NCBI GenBank assembly: GCA_002633005.1
Contig: NMRA01000038.1
Location: 467,417-531,416, forward strand
DNA from: Phoronis australis
Lineage: Eukaryota; Animalia; Phoronida
Length of the DNA stretch: 64,000 bases
Direction of reading: 5' to 3'
The notes under the pieces were generated by a model, which did not search any database, was not told the DNA's origin, and saw nothing but the letters and a program-made list of their open reading frames with translations. A program made the translations under genes and the position numbers. Numbering within the stretch: the stretch's first letter is position 1; each line of letters starts with the position of its first letter. Of the stretch, positions 1 through 12,600 are shown piece after piece.

Positions 1-533
1 TGGTCTTCTAACATTGCAAATTCCCACATTTTTTAAAATTATTTTCTAATAAATGTTATCAGGTTCAAAACTTGAACATGGAAAGAGAGTCCACTTGATG
101 CTACATATCATTTATGGACAGAGTGGTAAAAGAAAATTTCACTTGTCTACCATAACAGACCAGTTACGTGTCTAGCCATATTTTGTACTGAATTTACTAC
201 AACTTGCACCACCATTTGTAATAAACCGAAATGTCGGATTTAACATGTCTGTATTTACTTACGCGCTCATCTTAAAATTCGTGCTTCTGATTTGGCCTAA
301 AACAAATGTGATTGAACTATCGGTGGGGATGATCTTTTTAAACCAAATACTCCATTGCCATCTATTGACACACCTTATATCAATATGCCCCTGTTGTTTT
401 GATAAATGCTTATTGAAGTATGGTAGATCGGTAACTTTGAGGTAACTAGTGAAGTTTTGGACTGAAAAACAAAAAAAATGTTGGCAAAATTTGCTAGTGA
501 GTATGAACTCTGCCATAGGTATGGTACTGTTAT
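1..533. repeat. Near-identical duplicate of intronic 669-~1660, probably the second haplotype joined at the single 'n' (534)
   Basis: 2-218 matches 669-885, ~219-426 matches ~1392-1601, and 497-516 matches 1628-1647. This copy lacks ~886-1391. Confidence 0.85.
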
Positions 534-534
534 N

Positions 535-3500
535 GTCCGTGGAGGCTGAACAACCATCTGCAGCAGACGCATTCGTGTAAGAATTTTCATTGGCTGTTAC
601 ATTATATTAAAATGTCTTCAATTTTAGATAAATATAATTGCCAAAATTACTATTTCTTCATTTTTCAGGGTCTTCTAACATTGCAAATTCCCACATTTTT
701 TAAAATTATTTTCTAATAAATGTTATCAGGTTCAAAACTTGAACATGGAAAGAGAGTCCACTTGATGCTACATATCATTTATGGACAGAGTGGTAAAAGA
801 AAATTTCACTTGTCTACCATAACAGACCAGTTACGTGTCTAGCCATATTTTGTACTGAATTTACTACAACTTGCACCACCATTTGGATAATCCTTTGTTT
901 TTGCCTGAAATAAATGTTTTTGGGTAATTATTACTCCTGAATGAACAGCATGATGTGTCCATGTTGGGGTGTAATGGTTCTATCTGAACATTTATTCAAC
1001 ACTACATGCTTGACTTACTCCGGTTTGCTGTTGGCAATTGTAACTTTGACTGAATTATCACTGTATGGTACTTTAACTATCTAACACGCAACATAAAGCT
1101 CTTAAGGATTTTGAAAACACAAAAGTGATTTCTGCTTGGTCCAATATCTTATTTAGTGTGGTGCTTAAGATGAATTGAGTTAACACGGAAGAAACTGCTT
1201 TATGATGTGACAACGTACATGAATTTTTGATAAAAAATACTTAATACCTCCATACATGTTGTCACGCGTGAACTGTGGGTGCATGAATTATAAGATGAGC
1301 GTGTAAGTAAATACAGACATGTTAAACCCGACGTTTCGGTTTATTACTTAAAAACCATTTTCAAGGCGACACAAGTGGAAAATGGTTTGAGTAATAAACC
1401 GAAACGTCGGGTTTAACATGTCTGTATTTACTTAATACGCGCTCATCTTAAAATTCGTGCTTCTGATTTGGCCTAAAACGAATGTGATTGAACTATCGGT
1501 GGGGATGATCTTTTTAAACCAAATACTCCATTGCCATCTATTGACACACCTTATATCAATATGCCCCTGTTGTTTTGAAAATGCTTATTGAGGTATGGTA
1601 GCATACTGTTCGCCATCTTTGTCCCGCAGTGAGTATGAACTCTGCCACAGTTGTGGTTGTACTTGCTAATAGTAAATGTGTTGTTCTGTGATAACGTACT
1701 GTTCATCATTTTGTCCCGCAGTGGCCAGGAACTTTGAATGTGAACACTGCCACAAGTGTTTCAAAACAAAGGAGATGGTGAAGAACCACATCTACAAGGT
1801 TCACACGGGCACGCCAAGTCTGTCATGTGAACACTGTGACCGCAAGTTCTTCTACAAGGCTGAGCTGAAGGAGCATATTCAGATACATTCCAGTGAGTCG
1901 TTGGTGAAAACCCTAAGATACCTGTTTCACATACAATGCTTGAAGTCGTTTGGTCAATTTAAATGCACAGAAAAGTAAATTTTGGAAAACTGTGAGCATG
2001 TCTAACTTAAAGCTGGGTGACTACATGTTGAAATTTCCCATAAATCTGTAATTTTGGATACGCATGCATCTTCTCGTCCATCCCTAAAATTGCCAATCCA
2101 CTACGTGTTACTGCTTGTCCATGTAATGTGTAGAATTTCTCAGAAGTGAATGCCCAAATGATACTTCATTTATTCCACAATGGCTCTAAATTCAACCAAC
2201 CTGTGATGAAAACTTATAAGAAGGTGAAAAAAGGGGAAAAGTTTTAGTTGCCACCAGCAATCAACTCCACACTGGCTATACAACACATTGTTAGTTATGG
2301 ATCAGGAGTTTCATTGGCACTGTTGATTTTAACAATGAAAATCAAGTATCTTCTGTTTTCTTGCTGTTGAGAAACCAAAATTTAAATTTGTGTTGTGCAG
2401 CTATAGTAAAAACGATGAAGGATGATGACATTAGGGTCTCCTGTCAAAACCTGATTAATAGTTTCCGTAGGCTCCTCCAGAGGCAATATATCCATTCCTC
2501 CTGTGAAGACAACATCTTTTGATTCAGCCCACTTGCCGTTACACAATCTATCTCATCTCGTTTCTTACTCATCCCAAAAATGGATTTCCAGGCTTCAAAA
2601 ATGCGTACAGTTCATTATTGCTTTGGACCACGCCCATTAATTCATGGCAGTTTAGTTGCATTCGCCATGGCAGTTGACAATCTGGGAATTCCTGGCAGTT
2701 TATTGTAGTCAGTTTTAATTTAAACAAAGGATGAGGATACAATGGCATTGTTTTACAGCTGTGAAGAGGTTTGTTTTGTCAGTGTTTACACCAGACCTGG
2801 GGATTTACAGCGGCTTGAGCAATAATTCTAGATTTATCTATTCTCCTTTGCAGATAAGCGTCCATTTTCATGTAGCATATGCCACCAGTCATTCAAAACG
2901 CTTCATGTGTTGCGAGGACATCTGATGGGCAAGCACTCAGACACGTGGTTCAGCTGCGGCTTCTGCAAGTTCACGACCTCACACAAGAAGTCGATGAAGC
3001 GGCATATGAAGCTTGTCCACAAACTGACCAATGTCCAGCTAGAGGTAGGCCAACAACTGGTTTGTTGAGACGCGTACGTAGAAGTGAGGTATAAAAATGG
3101 AATCATTGATCAATTGTATTTTGGTGCATGTTGGCAGAATTTGTTAACACCCTTCTGTGTTATTGGCCATTTTATTTGTGCAAAGTGGGAGCCAGGGTGT
3201 CTTGGTGGGTGCTCCAAATAAAATCCGACATCTGTATGGGGACTTACAGTTGCTTTCACGGATTGACAAAGGATTGGGATCTAAAATGAATTGACTAACG
3301 GATGGACGGAGTGACCGACTTTATATAATTAGGAGCTGCCAGTATAGTGTATCTTGCTAGGACACAAACTACGATTGAAGCACATCGCTTTGAGCCTCAA
3401 GATGTTATTAAAATTATATTATTAAAATTGTGTTAGCTTCTCACTTAGTGTGCACGGAAACAGTAGTTTTAAAAAAACAGACAAAATTTCACATCAATTC

Positions 3501-5810
3501 GTCAGTTTCGTCGACGTTATGGCCAAAATCTAGTTGGAAACCATGGGTGAAATAACCACGCCTTGTTAGAAAATTAGCCGTGGTTTTCTTCTCTGAAATT
3601 TCCAGTATTTTCTGCTGGTGAGATTCCAACAACTTCTTCAAATTCTACTGTACGCTGTGCTAGTGGCTAAATCCCTGCATTTCCATTGTTACAGGTAACT
3701 GTCGAAGAGCAACCTCCGGTACCAGAGCAAGCAGAGGCACTCTACATCTCATCAGAGGATGGGACGGTTCAGGTGCACATACCTGATGACCAGGTAAATG
3801 TTTGGGCCACAGCTGATGGACTGATTGACGGGGGTTTGTTGTGTTAACGTAAATGCAGTAATTAAGTAATTAAGGTAAAAGTAACTTACAGGGATCCCAC
3901 ATTTTGAGAACCAGTTTTCTCCACTGAGTAGGTGGCATCAAACTGGTTCTCAGAATCCTTGAACCCTGTGTGTGATTATTGCAGCCGTAATTACATTAAG
4001 GCCATATGATATCGTAAAAGAATTAGAAAAGAAAATATAATGGAACAGATATATTGTTCCTGACTGTTAGGTACTTAATGTGTTTTGTTTCATCTTCTGT
4101 CATCAAATTTAACCTTCGTGTTATGTTGCACAGACTTTAAATTGGACAAAATGTTGAATAGACCAAACTAAGGTTGTGACATCATCATGAGGGGGGCTAC
4201 TGTAAGCTGTGCTTGCATGTTGTTTGTCAGATTTCACCACGCTTACTATGCCTGACCTTCATCGTTTCCTGTAAGAGTTTTGCGGGATCATGACTTCTCT
4301 ATTTTTGCTTGTGTTTTTATGCATCCTCACATTTTAATTGTTTATTTAGTCTGTTTTTGTCATCTGCTTCTGTATCTGCCACACCGTGCAGAGGGTCATT
4401 ATGAAAATTGGCAGATGTGTTCCTACTGACAACAGCCGGTCGGCTGTAACCATACTCATTCTCCCTCCGCTTTTCTAATTTCCCCCTTGATTCTACCTAT
4501 GTTCATACTTTAACTGACAATTATTCCTCCCACTGATGACTGCTGAACGAGCAAAGGACGCAGATGATCGCATGGGCTTGTGGTGCGATTTTCGCCGATT
4601 TTGGTCGATTTTTGTTCTGTCTGTTTACTTCCTGGTTGTAATTTAAACGTGGTAGCAAATGCGCTGAATTCATGAAATAAATGGATCAATTGTGAATCAA
4701 AGGATTCTATAAACCTAGGAGAACTGTTAGCAATTTAAAGTTTGGATGTCAACATGAATCTTGAAACGAATTTAGAGGGAATTATTTTCTGACTTTTGAT
4801 GTTCGCAGTGGCGACCTCATGGCGACTTTGAATTTTTCCAAGGTCGCCAAACACAATCTGAGGTTGCATTGGGGGCCTGCAGGTTGCCAAATCGAGAGCT
4901 GTCTTATTTTTTTAATGACTTTGACCCTTGCCTTGTAACCCTTCTAACATCCTGTATTTTCTTCAGGTACAGGTTGAAGAGCTAGAACACACCATCAATA
5001 GTAGCAACAGTGGTAACATGCACGTGCTGACCTCTGGTGGCACACTGGACGTGGAGGGGGGACAGTTCACACCATCGTGTAGTACAGTGGAGGAAGTGTC
5101 CGAGGTAAACTGCCCCTGTGTAGCTGCATTCTTTATAACTGAATAAAAATAGCTGATTACTATTTGTCTCTGCGGTGCTCAAGAATTAGTAAACAGTCTT
5201 ACAGATGTCTTTTACTTCAAGCAAAATTCCTTAACTTCAGAACAACAGACTAATTTTGTTGTCATCCAGCAGTGTATATGATGTTTATTCTCACTAGTAT
5301 ATATTATTACATTTTCCAGAAGTTTTTTTTGTTATTTGTTTTAAGACTTGACGTCCTGACAGATCTCTGATAGAGGAAATGGGTTCTATTTTTGGACATT
5401 TTTTTGTGTATAGCAGCCTCATGTATACAGTCCATGAATACTATCAGAATAAGTCGTTTTCTTGCCTTCTGTTTCTTTTCATTTTAAGGGTCCTTATTCT
5501 TTTTCAGGTACTTGTTGCCCTCGGCAACATGGCTGAGTCAGCTGGCTTCCAAGTGCGTGAGGGAGGCCAGGAGATAGCAGTCGATGGTTCAACGTCTCAT
5601 CAGGAGGTCTATGTCGCCACACAGAACATTCCTGTCTCCGAGACAACAACACATGTGCTTAGTGACAGTGAGCTGGTGAACAGTATTATCCTGAACGCTG
5701 GTAACGCAAGGGTTGTCACGGACGAGAAATCTGGAGACCAGAGGTCAGCACAGGTTTTATCCGTGTCAGAAGATGGAGTGGTGTTCGTGACCAATGGAGA
5801 CATTCAATGA
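535..5810 (+). CDS. C2H2 zinc-finger protein, 3' portion (5' part lies outside the window or before the assembly join)
   Basis: Phase-consistent GT-AG exons: 535-576 (partial, ...PWRLNNHLQQTHS), 1722-1892 (FECEHCHKCF...HIYKVH; LSCEHCDRKF...HIQIH), 2854-3044 (KRPFSCSICHQSF...HLMGKH; FSCGFCKFTT...HMKLVH), 3695-3793, 4967-5104, 5508-5810 (acidic Q/V/E-rich tail, TGA). Four complete CxxC..HxxxH/HxxxxH fingers plus the end of a fifth. AATAAA at 5825-5830. Confidence 0.85.
1281..1460. repeat. ~180-bp palindrome (arms ~82 bp) resembling inverted Penelope-like element termini, with a minimal hammerhead motif
   Basis: 1281-1362 is the near-perfect reverse complement of 1378-1460. The minus strand of the left arm reads ccTTGAAAAtggttt..aaaccGAAAcgTCgg. 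Confidence 0.65.
3874..3986. mobile_element. Hairpin MITE family A, copy 1 (Merlin-like)
   Basis: Core gagaaccagttt...aaactggttctc; GGTAA...GCC ends; flanks gtaattaa/gtaattac (7/8 TSD). Confidence 0.7.
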
Positions 5811-5947
5811 ATACCATCTGACTGAATAAAGGATCGTTGTTCGGTGCATGTGATGACGCGGTGGTGCCAAGACTGTTTATGCTCAGGTTCCAAAAACATT
5901 ATTTCTGTGTTAAATGTCTTCCATCCTTGCCACCATGTTCAGTCAGA

Positions 5948-5997
5948 TGCAAACTACACACCTGCAAACTACACACCTGCAAACTACACACCTGCAA
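5948..5997. repeat. 15-bp tandem repeat (tgcaaactacacacc) x3
   Basis: Read directly from the sequence. Confidence 0.9.
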
Positions 5998-6348
5998 AAG
6001 CTCAGTAACCATGGACACACACACACTACTTATTCAATAGGTTGTTTTCTACTCATGAGGTCACAACTGTATTGTGAGATCAAGTTAGGATGGGCAAGAA
6101 AAGTGACCTAAAGAGTCCACATTCACAGGACGGCTGTCATTGAGGACAATAGTGATGGTGGCTTTAATGCTCATTTTGTCCCAGTGGAGAAAGCACTCTC
6201 CCTAGTGACCATGCCTGCATATGTCAGTCCACTTCTGGGAACCACATTGAAATTGTCTGTACTTTCCAAGGTGTGCGCTGGTGGTTAGCATATCTCAGAT
6301 ATGATTATTAGTACACAAGTTGTGTACTAATAATCATTGCTCTCTGAG

Positions 6349-6530
6349 CACTGATATCATGTCCACTGATATTCATTATCAGCACGTCATGTTCATTTGA
6401 TATTCATTACTGATATCATGTCAGCTGATATTGATTATCAGCACGTTATGTTCATTTGATATTCATCACTGATATCATGTCAGCTGATATTCAGTGCTAT
6501 CAGCTTATAACATTCACTGATATCTATTGA
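6349..6530. repeat. Degenerate ~59-bp tandem repeat (cactgatatcatgtcagctgatattcattatcagcacg...)
   Basis: About three diverged units with recurring ctgatat motifs. Confidence 0.7.
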
Positions 6531-8982
6531 AATAAGTATCACATGTGCATTGATATCCATGCTTGTGAGCTTGTCATGTGCTCTGGTTTTCAGCTGTGAA
6601 CATATATTGATATTCATTGCTGTAAGTGAACCAGGTTCTCTCTGATAGTCGTTGTTTTGAACATGATGGGACATTGATATAAATCGCTGTGGCATATCAT
6701 GTACACTGATATTAATTTCGGTTAACTTTTCGATTAATTCCAATTGTGGGAATTTTGGTTGTTGTTGTTGGTATCTGTTGATGTTAGCTTACCTGCCTCT
6801 TTGTTTGGTGTTAACTGTTAGAAATTGACATTTTACAAACATTTTGGAAGTTGTTTCCACTTGTAGTAGGATAGGCAGAATGGCTTTATCAATCAGTTCA
6901 TTAGAGTACTTGCTTGATTATGATTCATGAAAATTGTCCTAATTTTTAACTTGAAAAGAATACATTTTGAATGTTAATGCCGAATCTCATTGAACTTGGG
7001 TTGTGGTAAAATCCACCTGAAGTGATTTTTCAAAATATAGAAAGTCAGTTTCTGATTGCCATTTGGGGTGAAAGTGTGTTTTTTTAAACTTGTGTTATTG
7101 TGAATGAAAGCTGTTGAACACTACTTCAATTATGAGCCTGTTGGTGAGAGGTAGCGACTTAAGTTCTCAGTTATGACATGTTGTATTTAGCATAATTATA
7201 ATGATGTACATAGAAGGGAAAGGAGTGCATGCAGAGATTGACGTACCTTCACAGAGGTGTCAGGGCTTACAATTTTCTTGTATAAGATTATTTCAGTACT
7301 CTTGTTTGGTTTCGATTTCCTTTTATTTGATTTCCAGATTCCTCTTCTCTCATCTCTTTTTATTACGATTTTGACTTTATTCATTCAAAAAACATTTCTT
7401 GCTGTTAGATTTTACAACACCAAAAATTATGTTTATCACATAACCCTATTCATTTGTAAATTTAAAAATTTTCCTCTCTTTTTGCCATGGGTCTTTCCAA
7501 GCCCTGAGATGTGCAGCATTTGTGTAGTTGGACGAACAATGAATGCTTGTCTTTGATCAAAAACTAAATTTTGATTTAGGTCACTTAGTGTTGTAAAGTC
7601 AGTCTGATCTTGTTGCTCGTTCAGATGAGAAATGATTTGTCAACTGGAGAAGTATGAACAAGTCATTGTTGCCTTAGACCAGGTTTATAAGTTATGCTTG
7701 TCATGAGGGATAGTTTCAGTCACCAACTCAGTGTGGCCATGGGGGTAATTCCAGTGAAGCAATTTATTGTAGGCGATTTCAGTTGAAACAAATATGTACG
7801 CGATTTCGTTCTTTGGATGGGCAAATATGCCTGTGAAGATAGTTGATGTTTTTAACACCAGAGGGTGCTGCAAAGCAACTTTAAATGTGTTATTGCCCCC
7901 AGACCCCATCTCTCTCCAGATTAGTTTGGTTATTTCCCGTTTTACTGAATAAGAATTCTGAATGAATTTCTTAATTTTGTGCTGTATTACATTAAGATTT
8001 ACATTATGTGAATGTGTGCAGATTAAAAATTCTCAGTTGATGACCCCAACATCCAAGCTACAATAAAAGTTATCCTCAGCTCCTAGTAAACCATGCTGTT
8101 CTCCTGTACAAAAATCAAGACACCTGTTTTGAATTCAAACTTGGAAGGGAAAAAAATAGGTTGAAATTCAGTTCTAATCATGTTTGGAGACTGAATCTCG
8201 AGCTCAGCTAGTATCAGCTTTGTGTGTGTTAGAAAACACTTGAGGTGTCAGAGTATTTGTGTTTGTAAGAAAAACACTTTGTAGACAATAATAAAATGGG
8301 AATGTAACCGTAATGGAGGTAAGAGAAACTTGTGGAAGCTTTTGTAGTCTCTGGTGTAAATTTGAACTTCGTATAAAGTGTTTTTAAAAAATGAAATTGT
8401 GCCAGTTGAATTATAAGAATGAAATGTTTTTCTAGTGTGGTTTACCTGCTTCCGTGTACAAGTATACAATGGTGTGGAACTTGGTTATACTAAACTTTTC
8501 ACTGATGCATGCTCACACCATACAAAAAAAACTCCTGCACCTTATATGCTGTTTGGGCATTTTATTTCCGTTGAGTGCACATTTGAATTTGTTGTGCAAG
8601 ACTGTGCGTGGGATTATCTTTAATCAGAGTATTAAATAATTAATCAACCTGCAGGCTATCAACTGGCCTTGTTTCAGTCTTCACGGCGCAGTTGGCTTGG
8701 TGGAAACCGGAAATACAGTCTAGTTCCTCACTTTATTGACTTCCGTATCTGGAAGGTCACGCGAGATGATACCGGACAATATTATAAATGCGCAATGTTG
8801 CTCAGCTCATTTCAACGTGAACTAAAAAGTAAGAGACTTATTGTGACGAGGGGGCCAATCTGTGCCCTTGTATTTGTTAGGAAGGCCGGACGAAGTTACT
8901 CGATGCAATTTATGTGACCAATCGTGCCAAAATACATTGGAGCTGTCTAGTCTCGGCTATAGTACTAGTATGGGTATCAGTT

Positions 8983-9696
8983 TTATACATAGAATTCCAT
9001 ACACCCTTGCTCTTCACATGTTTTAACTGCGCCGCCGTAGATGACCTCTAGCGGATTTGTAGTATGGTCTCCTTGGAAACAGAACCCGGTCATATAAGAA
9101 TTCACGGCCTCGTCGTAGAAATACATTTTTATCAACGAGAAGTCTTTCTTGCAGCACCTACAGTGAAAGTTTGCCCTGTTAATATCCTGTGACGTTTTCA
9201 CGACCGACGAATTAGGATGTCTCACAGTACAGTGGGCTTGTTGGCGTGGGTTGTAATTTTTATGACATCTCACACAATGAACGTTGTTAATCGGCGGAAA
9301 TTTACTCCTTGGTAATAACAGACTAAGCGCCACTACAGCTTTCGAGTCCTTTTTCCTTAGCCGTCTCTGTAAAATCTCTTTAAGATCGTCACCGTCGATA
9401 TTGGATAAGATTTCCATTAGTCTAACATAGTCGTTGCTAATACTTGCACATCGGACAATTGGTAAGGCAGGGTGGCTCGTTGGAGTTCCGCTCCTGTCCT
9501 TTTTTGTATCGAACTCGCCCAGTCTTTCTCTTAGGCTCTCCACGCCCGATTCGCACGACTCTATTTGTGAGGTGCGTTGTTTACAGCTTTCACGATTTTC
9601 CAAATATGTGCCCCTTCCGCTACTGCATGAACTGTTCGTACTGGTTGACGCCGCCTCACTTTCATGGAAATCGTCAGCCATCAATGAGGTATCCAT
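8983..9696 (-). CDS. Uncharacterised 237-aa protein with a C-terminal Cys/His-rich, putative zinc-binding domain
   Basis: Uninterrupted 714-bp ORF with a good start context (aagATGG). A splice acceptor (tatttttcag) lies 14 nt upstream, with the exon starting at 9710. Motifs: HCVRCH..C..H, HCRCC, CFQGDH, TCEEQGC. Minus-strand AATAAA at 8732-8737. Confidence 0.8.
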   Translation of the reverse strand: MDTSLMADDFHESEAASTSTNSSCSSGRGTYLENRESCKQRTSQIESCESGVESLRERLGEFDTKKDRSGTPTSHPALPIVRCASISNDYVRLMEILSNIDGDDLKEILQRRLRKKDSKAVVALSLLLPRSKFPPINNVHCVRCHKNYNPRQQAHCTVRHPNSSVVKTSQDINRANFHCRCCKKDFSLIKMYFYDEAVNSYMTGFCFQGDHTTNPLEVIYGGAVKTCEEQGCMEFYV

Positions 9697-12600
9697 CTTG
9701 CTTTTAGCACCTGAAAAATATAGAAGTATTCTACACTTTGATCAGGCGGAAACGATCCTCGTAAACTGAACTTCTAACCAATTAGGCCTATCCTTGAGAG
9801 TGAACATATTTTCCCGTAGAAGAAACGTATTCATACATGCGTGTCAGAGCATGAAATATCTTCTCTGGCTTTCCAGTCTACTGCACGAAGTCGTTCGTTG
9901 CGAAAAATTCTATACTATTCCTTAACTACGACCGGCCCTGTGACATTTGATAAAACGGGCTCTTGGTTTCAGGCAATTACACAGCCTTCAATAAACCGAT
10001 GATCGCACTGCCCAACTTCCCTGGTTTCCGTTCAGAAGAGGAGGGTCTATAGAGACGGGTCTGGTTGTGCAAAGCTGCATCAAATGATTTCAGCACATCA
10101 ATAGTAAAACGGGCAACACTAGTAACGGCGTTCTTTGCGAATGAAGCTATTCGGTGTTGCTAAATTCTGATAATCGGTCGATTTGTCACTAATCTGACAT
10201 AACGAATCCCAATTTAGTGACCGGCTTAGACGGTGATTACGTCGCCAGTGATCGAAACGAGATATTTACGTAGCGTGCGTGAACTAATTTCTGTCAAGAA
10301 CTCAATGAGAAGGCTTTCGGCAATCATAATGAAATCAGGATATTCACACTGGGGAGGGAGCCTTAAGAGTCCATGTTTAGTAACGAAAGGATCAAAGCTC
10401 TTGACGTGAGAATTTCCATTAGGGTGCAGGGTTTGACATTTGGCCTGTTTCAGTCATGGGTAACAATAGCTAAGCTATTGAAACTGATTGTCGTTTTGTT
10501 GTTACAAGACGTCAATAGACATGTGGAGAGGATCTCCGGGAAATGACATTACTACCATTTACTCAGAATTTTTACTTCTCTGCATATCACCTCGACTGTT
10601 CAGCAGTAAATTTTCAGTCTGAGGTTCGACCCATACAATTATTTTCCAACTTACATTTTCCGCCACTGCACGCATAATTTCAGGAGTATCGGGTTTCATA
10701 TCCGTACGCACGCTTGTACTGAGGCACTCGTACGAGAAAAACGATGTGATACCTACCTATCGACATTCTGACATCTCTAGGCCTACCGTGCATAGCAAAT
10801 ACCATACATGAATAGTACATTTACGAGTCCGTCAAGGGGTCGGTGCAGATCTGATAGCATGGCCTGGGAACAGTATTTTGTTTGACTCACTCTGTGACTC
10901 AATAAGAAATCCCCTCTTATTGTAAATTGCTAAAAAGACTCACCTGATTAAATCGTTTGGAGCATTTCCAAACGAAACATTCTTATAACGATTTCCTTCT
11001 AGGTGATCACCTTTGTATCTGTTCAGACCTGCACTGTGACTCCTATCAAGAGTTTTAATTTATTGAACTTTTGGGGTGATTAAGTAAGATGCAATATTTC
11101 TCAATTCATGACGGAGCGATAAGGAATCTTTTCTGATAAATGTCTTCCAGCACTCGCCAGACACAATTACTTTTATGGCAAGGCTGACGCAGTTGATTAA
11201 AAACTTTTTGAAGTTTTACCGGACTTGAGATAAACTTTTCTAGCAATGTACCTAAACTGTTACAAATTCTAATGTTATCGTTAACTATTTGATTGCGATT
11301 ATCAATCACAGTTAGATTAATGAAGACAAAACTTGCGTCTAGGCTAAGAAATATTGAGTTGCTCTCGTTTTATAGTCGTTCATAATTTTTTGAAGAATAA
11401 AGTTAGCTCTTCCAAAGTAAAAAAGCAAGCACATCCATTCGATATAAACTTTATATGAGTCTGTTCCACACACTTCCGTTTGAATGAACGTTTTCTACCA
11501 TGGCTCAGGACTTATCTTTTTAATCAAGGAACATTAATTATCTCTTACCTTGACATACAAAATAATTCTGTTACGGACTGCACACACATGACTATAATCC
11601 CTAAGTATACATTAACCAATTTAAATCCATGCAGCAAGGCGAAAACAGTGCGTTCCCATCTCGCGACTTTTTATCTGTACGGTATTACCTGCTTGGCTGA
11701 TTAGTCATATCGATCCGGAGGTAACTCGGGGACTAGGTGTTTCAGATCGAGTACACACATTCGTCAATAGCAGTTTGTAACTTGTACCTTAGGGGGAAAT
11801 AGCAGCGAGGAGACTGCTTTCTTTTTTTATTATCAATGTACATACGCAAACATGTCTGACCATTGTTGACGGCTTGTTCGTATTGATCGTCGTGGCAAAA
11901 TAAAGATGTTTATTTGCTCGACGATTAATGCTACGTCTACAAAGTTGCATAGAAAAGAACATATAATTATTTGGTGTGTTTGATTTGCGTAGGAACTTTT
12001 GTACTGCGATTTCTGCTTAATAGAATGAACATTTTCTCGTAAAGAAACAATCGAGACATCGTCGACGAAAAAGAGATCGTTTTGTAAAGTTGTGATGAGA
12101 TTTGTTTTCATTGTAAGATTTAACCTGGCAAAGTAAACATTTCGTTGACTATTCAGTGTTTGGGTGTAAAGAAACTGATGGGTCAATGGTTCAGAAATGA
12201 GACACTGGACAGTTAATCGAAAATGGGAATATTTTCTTTAATAGAACTAAGACTTCCTAAATAAACACATCGACAGCGTTCTCTCTTTTTGACACTTTCA
12301 TGTCAGCCATTTTTGTTTAACGTTGATTTCACGCGAGAATGCATAAATTCAATTAATCTTAGTTAGAAAAACATCGGTTTACTATTTTTATCTTCATAAT
12401 GGTGGAAATAGTAGCTGTCTTTAGAAAGATTCATTGTCAGACACAATGATTGGTCATAAATTCGACGATCATCAGTATAAACAGGTTACTCAACTGTAGA
12501 TTCGCAGTGGTTGGCCTGGTATAAATAATTCGTGAATTAACCCACATTCCATTTTTATGGCAGTAGACAGTGATAATTTGATAAATTAAGCATTGGAATA

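Noticed and set aside
3691-5513. Three consecutive zinc-finger gene exons starting AG|GTA (recursive-splice-like)
   Set aside because: AG|GT is the ordinary proto-splice context, the introns are short, and the exons are in frame.
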